Source: a virus (Duplodnaviria; Caudoviricetes). From it: 28,868 nucleotides of DNA. Positions 1 to 7,864 of this stretch are shown one piece after another; the stretch's first letter is position 1, and each line of letters begins with the position of its first letter. The notes beneath the pieces were generated by a model. The model searched no databases. It was not told the DNA's origin and saw nothing but the letters and a program-made list of their open reading frames with translations. Both the position numbers and the translations under genes were made by a program. The stretch covers positions 1 to 28,868 of IMG/VR virus record IMGVR_UViG_3300025368_000017; one strand, written 5' to 3'.

Positions 1-1
1 A

Positions 2-637
2 GCCGTTGTTGGCGATTTAATGTTGGAATTTAGCCAACAAGAAGCATTGTCAATGATCCAAAATAACGATCAAGCTGGTTCTGGCACTACATCAACTGGC
101 GCAACCAACGGTTTGCGTGGTTTAAATTACTATCCAAGTGGCTCAACAGCCGCATTTGGCACAAGCGGTTCTGGCGCAACCAACGGTTTGCATACAGTTA
201 AAACTGTTAGCACCGCTACTGGCGGCACAATCGTTTATAACGATATTGCATCCTTAGCATCTGCATTGCCAGCACAATACTGGAGTTTGCCAGGCACTTC
301 ATGGCATATGCACCCAAATACCATTTTGGCATTGCGTGAATTAACCAGTTCTACTGGCCAGCCATTATTTGTTGAAGTTGGCGATTCCGATGGCGGTGCT
401 GTGGCTCATGTATTTGGTTTCCCAGTCATTCCTAACCCATATATGCAAGTGGTTGGTAGTGGCAATTTCCCAATCTATTTGGCAAACTGGGATAAGTTTG
501 TAACTATCGTGGATCACGAAGAATTTAGCATCCAGCGTTTAGAGCAAACTCAGCCAGGTACAGTAACTCTGTATGCTGAAAAACGGGTATGTTCTACAAT
601 TCGTGATGTATTCGCTGGTGTCCGTTTAGAATCATAA
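2..637 (+). CDS. Major capsid protein, HK97 fold (5' partial)
   Basis: Frame is open from base 2. HK97-type C-terminal motifs (WHMHPNTILALREL..GQPLF, VFGFPVIPNPYM, IYLANW, VTLYAEKRV). Followed by head-tail connector genes. Confidence 0.92.
   Translation, partial: AVVGDLMLEFSQQEALSMIQNNDQAGSGTTSTGATNGLRGLNYYPSGSTAAFGTSGSGATNGLHTVKTVSTATGGTIVYNDIASLASALPAQYWSLPGTSWHMHPNTILALRELTSSTGQPLFVEVGDSDGGAVAHVFGFPVIPNPYMQVVGSGNFPIYLANWDKFVTIVDHEEFSIQRLEQTQPGTVTLYAEKRVCSTIRDVFAGVRLES
96..191 (+). repeat. Exact 21-nt direct repeat CTGGCGCAACCAACGGTTTGC (96-116 and 171-191) inside the capsid gene
   Basis: Read directly. Copies are 75 nt apart, in frame, and each encodes GATNGL. Confidence 0.9.
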
Positions 638-644
638 GGCCAAT

Positions 645-1313
645 ATGCCATTAGATAGTTATACAAACGGGCCGTATTTAGGTACAGCCCGTAACCCCTT
701 TAGCTATGAAAAGATAGAGCAAACAAGCCGTGATTTGCAAACGCAATGGCTTACTTTGGATCAGATCACCCAACAGCTAAACTTGTTTGGCGATACCAGT
801 CAAGATGATTACCTTACTGGGCTTGAATTAGCGACCCGTATGGCCATCGAGGATTATCTTGGTATGTCCATATTCCCTATTAGCTATAAAGTCTACTATG
901 GGGCTTGGAATGGCATGAGTGGCACACAAATTCAGTTGGATTTGCCTAATGTCAGCCAAGCCAATCAAGGCAATGCTGGAACAGTCATTAATTCGGTTGG
1001 TTATTATAATGGCAATACGCCAGCAACCTTTACTTTGCTTGACCCATCGGCTTATTTTTATGATCCAACGGGCAACCAAGTTATTGTAAATAGCCTACCA
1101 AGCGAAATTAGCACTTTTATTGCTAACCCAATTGTGGTTACTTATACAACTGGTGCTAGCCCATATGCTCAATACCCCGTCATTAAACAAGCTGGTTTGA
1201 TGATGCTAACCCATCTTTATAATAATCGTAGCGATACCTTTAATGGGGTTATGAACAAAATCCCTTATGGCGTAGAGCAATTACTCAGACCCTATAAACC
1301 GCTGGTGTTGTAA
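645..1313 (+). CDS. Head-tail connector (HK97 gp6-like, long form)
   Basis: LTLDQITQQLNL..DDYLTGLELATRMAIEDYLG at the N-terminus and IKQAGLMMLTHLYNNR..IPYGVEQLLRPYK at the C-terminus match gp6/gp15 connectors. Lies after the capsid gene. Confidence 0.88.
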   Translation: MPLDSYTNGPYLGTARNPFSYEKIEQTSRDLQTQWLTLDQITQQLNLFGDTSQDDYLTGLELATRMAIEDYLGMSIFPISYKVYYGAWNGMSGTQIQLDLPNVSQANQGNAGTVINSVGYYNGNTPATFTLLDPSAYFYDPTGNQVIVNSLPSEISTFIANPIVVTYTTGASPYAQYPVIKQAGLMMLTHLYNNRSDTFNGVMNKIPYGVEQLLRPYKPLVL

Positions 1314-1657
1314 TGGCTATTGTCCGCTATGAAAATGTGGATGTGAATAATGTTGCTATATCCACAGATAGCATTGGACAAACCACAACCGCAATTACCC
1401 TATGGTTTAAAACCCGTGCCAGAGTAATGGATGTTCATAATAATTTGAGCATTACCAAAGAAGATCGTGTTTATGCTGATTTGGTTAAATTTGTATTAAA
1501 TTACACCCCAAACACCTTGCAAATGTCGGAAAACCAAGTTGGTTATGCGTTTAATTGGCGTGGGCATGATTTTAGAATAATGGATGTCAATGAAAGTAAC
1601 GATAAAATGAATATTACTTTCACTTGCTATCGTAACGATCCAAACACACAAGTATGA
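1313..1657 (+). CDS. Head closure / head-tail adaptor (SPP1 gp16-like)
   Basis: 114 aa, beta-rich, DSIGQ..LWFKTRARV..WRGHDFRIMDV pattern. TAATG coupling to the connector gene. Confidence 0.75.
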   Translation: MAIVRYENVDVNNVAISTDSIGQTTTAITLWFKTRARVMDVHNNLSITKEDRVYADLVKFVLNYTPNTLQMSENQVGYAFNWRGHDFRIMDVNESNDKMNITFTCYRNDPNTQV

Positions 1658-2067
1658 GCCAGCAGAATCCGCTTAATTATGCAAAAGCCATCCAATATCA
1701 ACTGGCCGCTATTGCTACTCCTGTGCCTGTTTATGCCAATTTCAACCGTAATTTTGCTAGCCAGCCTAAGTTTATTACTTGGCAATTAAGGAATGTTCAC
1801 CAGCCTGTTTATACTGGCCAGAATCAGAATAACAAGGGTATTGACAAGCCTATATTTCAAATTAATGTCTTTGCCCAAAATATGAATGATGCTTTCAATA
1901 TAAGCAATTCCATATTACAATCATTGCATGGTTACAACGGCCTTTTTGGTGGCAGTAGTGGATTTCAAATATCAAAAGCCGATGTAGATTGGTTGTATAA
2001 TACATACGATAATACGATAAACTTGCATCATATTATTATGGATTGCACTTTATACATTCCAACATAA
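1654..2067 (+). CDS. Tail terminator / completion protein (DUF3168, SPP1 gp17-like)
   Basis: PKFITWQ..FQINVFA..DAFNISNSILQSLHG pattern. Directly precedes the tail tube gene. ATGA overlap. Confidence 0.75.
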   Translation: MSQQNPLNYAKAIQYQLAAIATPVPVYANFNRNFASQPKFITWQLRNVHQPVYTGQNQNNKGIDKPIFQINVFAQNMNDAFNISNSILQSLHGYNGLFGGSSGFQISKADVDWLYNTYDNTINLHHIIMDCTLYIPT

Positions 2068-2104
2068 TATAAATTGATTAACTTTTATTTAAGGAATTTT
2101 TAAA

Positions 2105-2626
2105 ATGGCACTTCCAAATCAAGTATTACCTGGGTTTTCGGCATCGTTATGGTGTCAGACTGGCGCAACTCCAACACCTTTAACAACTACCCAATTATCT
2201 ACTTGGACTGGTGAAGTTGCTTCTATTGTTGGTACTGTTGCTAACGGTACTGGCTCTACTGGCGAACAATTAAATGTTGAAGCTATCCCTAAGTTTGGTC
2301 AAGATGACGCATCCGCAAACTTCTATGTTGCTGGTAGCCGTCAATCTGATGTAATCCCAACACAAAGCAAACCAACTTCATTAACAATCGTTGCCGCATG
2401 GAATCCTTCTGATGCTGGCTTATTGTTAATCCGTGGTGATGCTTATAGCGGAATTATTGATCGTACTTTCGTTATTGCCGCTGTTGATGGTGCTAATACT
2501 GTTGCATACGCCTTTAATGGCCGTGTATCAGAGTTCACCATTGATACTGCACCTAACGCAGAAGCTAAATGCACATTTACTATCCATCCCCGTGGCAACC
2601 AATACGGCTGGTCAAACAATACTTAA
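2105..2626 (+). CDS. Major tail (tube) protein
   Basis: 173 aa, strong RBS (AAGGA). C-terminal YAFNGRVSEFTIDTAPNAEAKCTFTIHPRG is typical of siphovirus tube proteins. Confidence 0.82.
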   Translation: MALPNQVLPGFSASLWCQTGATPTPLTTTQLSTWTGEVASIVGTVANGTGSTGEQLNVEAIPKFGQDDASANFYVAGSRQSDVIPTQSKPTSLTIVAAWNPSDAGLLLIRGDAYSGIIDRTFVIAAVDGANTVAYAFNGRVSEFTIDTAPNAEAKCTFTIHPRGNQYGWSNNT

Positions 2627-2630
2627 TAAA

Positions 2631-2867
2631 ATGCCTACAATAAAAGATAACGCAGACTTAGCAAATTATTTTAGTTACCTGGTAAACCAAGCCGATTCTG
2701 GAGTTAAGGATTGGTTTGGTTTTCAACAACAAAAAGTAATGGGAATCAATCTGGCTTATGAGATTGCGGCCCGCCATGCAGACACAATGTCCCCAGATGA
2801 AATTACTGGGTTCGTTAAAAACTTAAACAATTCTATATTTAATAATCTTATCAAACCTTCAAAATGA
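2631..2867 (+). CDS. Hypothetical protein (78 aa, MPTIKDNADL...)
   Basis: ATG at 2631 just after the tube stop, with ATGA overlap to the next gene. The track start at 2433 overlaps the tube gene and is unlikely. Confidence 0.7.
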   Translation: MPTIKDNADLANYFSYLVNQADSGVKDWFGFQQQKVMGINLAYEIAARHADTMSPDEITGFVKNLNNSIFNNLIKPSK

Positions 2868-3403
2868 CTCAAAGTCGTAACCTTAAATTTGATTTTCAAG
2901 GATTTGAAGAATTTAATGATTTGGTTGAAAAAATACAAAGCGAATTTGGCGAAAAAGATTCTGCAAAAATTTTAGTTAGTGCCGTAAGACATTCATTGCG
3001 GCCAACTTTATCTACAGCTAAATCTTTATTAGAGCCTGGACACGGTTTAGATACTGGCGCATTAAGAGCATCCCTTCAAATTGAAGCCAGAAAGCCTAAT
3101 TCTAAAGACCGCAATTCTAAATACTATAGCCCTGGCGAAATCGTTATTGGGCGTGTAAGCACAGCACCAGGCAATAGGTTAAAGAAAAAATCATTTTTTA
3201 ATTTGCATAATACCAAATCTAATATTAAACAAATTGGTATTGAAAGTGATGGCCGTGCTATGTTTACAGAATTTGGTACTGCTAAAGAATCTGCAAAACC
3301 ATATTTAAGACCAGCTTTAGAACATACAGCAACAGCAATATTAGACAGTTTAAGTATTGAATTGGGGTCAGCCCTAGAAAAATATAAATCAAAACATCCA
3401 TAA
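2864..3403 (+). CDS. HK97 gp10-like neck/tail component
   Basis: DTGALRASL and FTEFGTAKESAKPYLRPALE match the HK97 gp10 family motifs (TG.L..SI; EFGT..M.A.PFLRPA). Confidence 0.85.
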   Translation: MTQSRNLKFDFQGFEEFNDLVEKIQSEFGEKDSAKILVSAVRHSLRPTLSTAKSLLEPGHGLDTGALRASLQIEARKPNSKDRNSKYYSPGEIVIGRVSTAPGNRLKKKSFFNLHNTKSNIKQIGIESDGRAMFTEFGTAKESAKPYLRPALEHTATAILDSLSIELGSALEKYKSKHP

Positions 3404-3412
3404 GGAAAGTAA

Positions 3413-3901
3413 ATGAATCAGTTTGCAAATGCTTTAGGCAAAAAGTTTGTAGAAAACCAAGAATTAGTACGCACCCGTTCATTTGAAATGGGCGGCCACA
3501 CATTTAAAGTTCGTGTTCCAACAACATTGGAATATGAAGCAATGCACGAAAGAATCAAAGTTATTGATGAATCAATGGTTGATGCGGAATATGCACAAAT
3601 AGCCAAAGTGTTTATTGACAGAAAAGCCGACTTTGAAAAAGAATCTAATATTGAATTTGCCGAAAATGATGTGATTATTGAAGGCCGTTCATTAAAAGAA
3701 ACTGCCAAAAATAAAGTATTAACGCAAATGCGTATTACCGAATTCTTTAAATTGCTTGTGCCAGAAGATAAAGAATTTGATATGAATACTATTACATATC
3801 CAATGATTGAGGAATTATTCCCTTTTGCTATTCAAATTGAATTAATTGATGAAATTAATAAAGTAATTTCTGCCAATTACAAAGACACTAAGGGAAAGTA
3901 A
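3413..3901 (+). CDS. Tail assembly chaperone (lambda gpG-like)
   Basis: Acidic 162-aa ORF two genes before the tape measure, ending in G GGA AAG TAA. Confidence 0.8.
   Translation: MNQFANALGKKFVENQELVRTRSFEMGGHTFKVRVPTTLEYEAMHERIKVIDESMVDAEYAQIAKVFIDRKADFEKESNIEFAENDVIIEGRSLKETAKNKVLTQMRITEFFKLLVPEDKEFDMNTITYPMIEELFPFAIQIELIDEINKVISANYKDTKGK
3892..3898 (+). other. Programmed -1 ribosomal frameshift site GGGAAAG
   Basis: Same heptamer as lambda G/T, correctly phased (G GGA AAG). The -1 frame is open from 3892 to the stop at 4248. Confidence 0.88.
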
Positions 3902-4248
3902 TTGGATCAGTTCGTAGGCAAGTTAAAGCCTATTTGATTGCAAACGGGGCTGATCCAGAAAACATCGATGAGGAAACATTTACCGACATCTGCGTGATGT
4001 ATCACGATGGGTTAATTGGTAATCGGGGAATCTTAGAAGTATTAGGATGTTTAACTGCGGGGCATTTTAATTCAATGCTTGCCAAAGGCAAGACCGCATA
4101 CAAATTACAAGATATAATACCAAAAGCATACGACTATATTTACCCACCATTATCAGAGGAAGCAAAAAGGGATCATATAAATGAGCAGTTATTATCATTT
4201 ATGCTTATGTCCCCGAATGTGCCAAAACAGTTTTTAAAAGGAAAATAA
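3898..4248 (+). CDS. Tail assembly chaperone C-terminal extension (gpT-like; made as the G-T fusion)
   Basis: In the -1 frame relative to gpG (VIGSVRRQVKAYLIANGADP...). The track start at 3934 is a TTG with no obvious RBS. Abuts the tape measure ATG. Confidence 0.8.
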   Translation, partial: VIGSVRRQVKAYLIANGADPENIDEETFTDICVMYHDGLIGNRGILEVLGCLTAGHFNSMLAKGKTAYKLQDIIPKAYDYIYPPLSEEAKRDHINEQLLSFMLMSPNVPKQFLKGK

Positions 4249-6165
4249 ATGGCAAATATAGCAAGCCTGGGGGTCAAATTAGGATTAGATACTGCGACCT
4301 TTCAACAGGGCATTGCTGATGCTAAAAAGTATGTTGGCGAACTAAAAGATGCCCTTGTCGAAGTTGCTGGGGTTGCCGCTTTTGCCGAATTAACTAGAAA
4401 AGCATTGGAATATTCTGATTCCATTGTTAAAACCGCCAAAGCCAACGATGTGGCCGTGGCATCCGTATTATCCCTTTCCGATGCGTTAATGAAGAACGGT
4501 GGTAATGCCGAAGAAACCAGCCGTATTTATTCTGGCTTTACTCAAAAAATTGAATCAGCCATTTTAGGTAATGGCAAAGCCCAAGAATCATTTTCAAAAT
4601 TAGGGATTACCCTTAATGATTTAGCGCATTTATCCGAACAAGAATTATTTGATAAAACCATTCAAGGTTTATCACAAATGAAAGATTCTGCTGAACGCAA
4701 TGGTATTGCCTTTCAGACTTTGGGGCGTGGAATTAGGGGCGTAGATTTAAAAGGTTTGGCCGCAGATATGATGGCCAACCGTGAAGAAATGGACAAATAT
4801 GCCCAAGCGGTTACTCAAGCGCATGATTTAAGCATAAAAATGCAAGAAGCATCACACAAGCTGATGCTGGAATTTACCACCGCAGTATTGCCAGCTTTAA
4901 ATGCTCTATACGATTCATTAACTAAAGACAGTAGTGCATTAAACATTTTCTTTGGAATTCTTAAAGATTTTGCTACTGTTGGCGCAGTTTTATTTAAATA
5001 TACATCAACAGTTGTTCTTGGTTTTTTTACAGAATTAGAAGGTATTGCGGCCGCATCTGGCGATTTGATGAAAGGCAACCTTACTAAAGCTCTGGAAGAT
5101 ATTAAAGAATATGATGATAAAGTTAAAGCAATGGCCGAAAGTGATGAGTTATTTGCTCAAAGACTTTTAAACCCGCCCAAAGAAACAGCCAAACCACAAG
5201 TTCAAGAAGATGCAAATCGTCAGGTTATTGCCGCTAATCAAAAGCAAATTAGTGCGGCACAAGGGCTTACTCAGCAATATAAAGAACAAGCTGATTTAAC
5301 TTTAACTAAGTTAAAACAAGCCCAGCAAGAAGCTGAATTAACGACTAATCAAAAAGAATTAGAAAAGAACATTAATCAGGTGTTAAATGAACGCCAAAAG
5401 ATGCTGGATGATATTGATAAGAAAATATCAGCGGCTAGAAATACTATTGGCGGCCCAGCCCTCATTGAGCAATTGCAAAAGCAAAAAGCGGCTATTGAAG
5501 ATGCTTCACATTTTTATGTTGATGAAACCATTAAGGCTACATTAGCCACTCAAGAGCATCAGCGCAGTTTTAGTTATGGTTGGGAAAAAGCATATGCCCA
5601 GTATGTGCAAAACTCTGAAAATGCGGCACAACAAGCAGAACAAATGTTTGCATCAATTACCAATTCCATGACTAACGCCCTGGATCAATTTGTTCAAACT
5701 GGCAAATTAAACTTTGGCGATCTGGCAAAAAGCATTATTAACGATATGCTTAAAATTGAACTTCATGCACAAGAAATGAAGCTATTTGGCATGATTGGTG
5801 GCGCAATTAGTGGTGGCGGTGCATATGGCCCAACACCAGATGGCGGTAATATTGCTTCTGGCGGTATTGGTAGTTTGTTTGGTTTTGCGGATGGCGGTCA
5901 GCCACCCGTAGGCGTTCCATCCATTGTTGGCGAGAATGGCCCAGAATTGTTTGTCCCACAAACTGCTGGTACAGTTATTCCAAATAATAAACTTGCAGAT
6001 GCAATGGGTGGCAGTCAGCAACCAGCTACAGTTTATAATGGCCCATATATTGCCAGCATGTCTGCAATTGATACGCAATCTGCTACACAATTTTTGGCTA
6101 AGAATCAAAATGCTGTTTGGGGCGCATACCAAAACGCACAACGGGGCTTGCCACAAACAAGGTAA
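4249..6165 (+). CDS. Tail tape measure protein (lambda-like C-terminus)
   Basis: N-terminal MANIASLGVKLGLDTATFQQGI, helical Ala/Gln-rich body, GW..A..Y and FVQTGKLNFGDLAKSIINDM, then FADGG..IVGENGPELFVP. Confidence 0.93.
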   Translation: MANIASLGVKLGLDTATFQQGIADAKKYVGELKDALVEVAGVAAFAELTRKALEYSDSIVKTAKANDVAVASVLSLSDALMKNGGNAEETSRIYSGFTQKIESAILGNGKAQESFSKLGITLNDLAHLSEQELFDKTIQGLSQMKDSAERNGIAFQTLGRGIRGVDLKGLAADMMANREEMDKYAQAVTQAHDLSIKMQEASHKLMLEFTTAVLPALNALYDSLTKDSSALNIFFGILKDFATVGAVLFKYTSTVVLGFFTELEGIAAASGDLMKGNLTKALEDIKEYDDKVKAMAESDELFAQRLLNPPKETAKPQVQEDANRQVIAANQKQISAAQGLTQQYKEQADLTLTKLKQAQQEAELTTNQKELEKNINQVLNERQKMLDDIDKKISAARNTIGGPALIEQLQKQKAAIEDASHFYVDETIKATLATQEHQRSFSYGWEKAYAQYVQNSENAAQQAEQMFASITNSMTNALDQFVQTGKLNFGDLAKSIINDMLKIELHAQEMKLFGMIGGAISGGGAYGPTPDGGNIASGGIGSLFGFADGGQPPVGVPSIVGENGPELFVPQTAGTVIPNNKLADAMGGSQQPATVYNGPYIASMSAIDTQSATQFLAKNQNAVWGAYQNAQRGLPQTR

Positions 6166-6168
6166 TTT

Positions 6169-6855
6169 ATGGCCAATTTAACAACCATTCTTTCTATTGC
6201 AGAACAAGTAACGATCAACGATCAACGATTTGTTGGTCAAACCATTAGCCGTAATCAAAGAATTACGACTAGCGAAATTATTACAGTTGTACCATTTCAG
6301 TTTGAGTTTAAGCCAAACGATTATTTGCTATATAGCCAAAATCGTCAATTGCTGGCCAATCTGCGCCAATATGATAAATCATTGACACAGTATCTTAATT
6401 TTGGTTCTACTGGATGGGTTAATTACATTAACTATCAAGGGCAATTAACGCCAACACAAATTGCTGGTTGCACATTTAGCACATCGTCTGCGGCCCAAAA
6501 TTTAATTCTTACTGGCGTTCCAACGGCCAATCCAACCTATTATGTAGTTCGTGCTGGCGATTTTATTCAGGCTGGTCAATATGCTTATATAGCAACTGCT
6601 GATGTGGCTTGTGGATCATCTGGAACGGTTACTATTCCAGTTCATAGAAATTTGATTAATGGGCCATTGCCTTCAGGGGTTACTGCGGTTATGGGTCAAT
6701 ATGGTACAACGCAATCTATGGGTGGCAATACTTATACTGGCGTTACATTTCCCATTATTTTGCAAAACTATCCAACTTATACTTTAATTCCAATGACTAA
6801 CGATTCATTTATCAAATGGTCGGGACAATTTAAAGCGTTTGAAGCGGTGTTATGA
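6169..6855 (+). CDS. Distal tail / minor tail protein
   Basis: First gene after the tape measure. Beta-rich with an inserted VRAGDFIQ..YIATADV barrel-like segment. Ends in FKAFEAVL. Confidence 0.65.
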   Translation: MANLTTILSIAEQVTINDQRFVGQTISRNQRITTSEIITVVPFQFEFKPNDYLLYSQNRQLLANLRQYDKSLTQYLNFGSTGWVNYINYQGQLTPTQIAGCTFSTSSAAQNLILTGVPTANPTYYVVRAGDFIQAGQYAYIATADVACGSSGTVTIPVHRNLINGPLPSGVTAVMGQYGTTQSMGGNTYTGVTFPIILQNYPTYTLIPMTNDSFIKWSGQFKAFEAVL

Positions 6856-7445
6856 CAACTCCAATAGTACCAATACAAAATACAAACAATATTCGATATG
6901 CGGACTTTGTTCGGGTTGTTACGCCTACGCAAACCTTTAGATTCGCCACAACCCCATCGTCTTTGACTATTCCCGCAGTTGATAGCCAGCCTTTTGATGG
7001 ACTTGGACAATTAGTGGGAATTGGCAAGGTTCAACGAGATATTAAATCTACGGCCAATCAAACCACAATTACATTAATTGGTATTGACACGGCTTTGTTA
7101 GGTGCAGTTCTTGGACAGGGATTTAAAGGCGCACAAATAACAATGTGGAAAGGGTTTTTTGACAATGGCGGAAATCTTATTACTACTGGTGGGACTGGTG
7201 GTTTGTATCAGTATTTTTATGGATTTATAAACACTTTCCAGATTGGCGAACAATGGATGGAAGAAATAAGAATGTATGTAGGCACAATTACAGTTAGTGC
7301 CGCAAACATCCAAATGATTTTACAAAATAGAATTGCTGGCAGATTTACTAATGATGCAAGCTGGGAATACTTTACTCCTGGCGATACATCAATGAATCGG
7401 GTGGCTACAATATCGACAATATACTATGCTTTTGGAAAGCAATGA
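6852..7445 (+). CDS. Tail tip / hub protein (gpL/DUF2163-like position)
   Basis: FDGLGQLVGIG..ITLIGID..ITMWKGFFD..FYGFI..PGDTSM pattern seen in siphovirus minor tail proteins. Supported by synteny. Confidence 0.6.
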   Translation: MTTPIVPIQNTNNIRYADFVRVVTPTQTFRFATTPSSLTIPAVDSQPFDGLGQLVGIGKVQRDIKSTANQTTITLIGIDTALLGAVLGQGFKGAQITMWKGFFDNGGNLITTGGTGGLYQYFYGFINTFQIGEQWMEEIRMYVGTITVSAANIQMILQNRIAGRFTNDASWEYFTPGDTSMNRVATISTIYYAFGKQ

Positions 7446-7864
7446 TTAGATACGCAAATAAATTTGACTTTGAAACAATTTGGGAATTATTACAAGATTA
7501 TGCAAAAAAGAACCCAAACGATTCTTATGTGGATCAATCTACATGGTCAAAAGAATTTGTATTTAAGCAATTAAGTGTTATTTTGGCTGGTGCTGGTTTT
7601 ATATTAATTGATGACAATAAAAAAGGAATGTTGGTAGCGGTTAAAGTACCAAGCACATGGATTCCAAATGTATTTGTTTTACAAGAAATTGTTTGGTACG
7701 GTTTGACAAAAAGAGTTACGGTTGAATTGTTAAATAAATTTCTTGAAATTGGTAGTGATATGAAAGATTGCGGTGAAGTAAAAGATGTTGGTTTTACTTG
7801 CAACAAAGAGATCGAATTTAATAGATTCGGGTTAAAAAAAGCTGGACATAACTGGGTGATCTAA
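7442..7864 (+). CDS. GNAT-fold acetyltransferase-like protein in the tail-tip module
   Basis: MIRYANKFDFETIWELLQDY start, GMLVA strand, LQEIVWY and FNRFGLKK end resemble GNAT motifs. The acetyl-CoA RxxGxG loop is degenerate. Confidence 0.45.
   Translation: MIRYANKFDFETIWELLQDYAKKNPNDSYVDQSTWSKEFVFKQLSVILAGAGFILIDDNKKGMLVAVKVPSTWIPNVFVLQEIVWYGLTKRVTVELLNKFLEIGSDMKDCGEVKDVGFTCNKEIEFNRFGLKKAGHNWVI

Noticed and set aside
4022-4032. ATCGGGGAATC resembling the anti-SD target boxes
   Set aside because: Only four Gs, inside coding sequence and not at an RBS. Likely chance.
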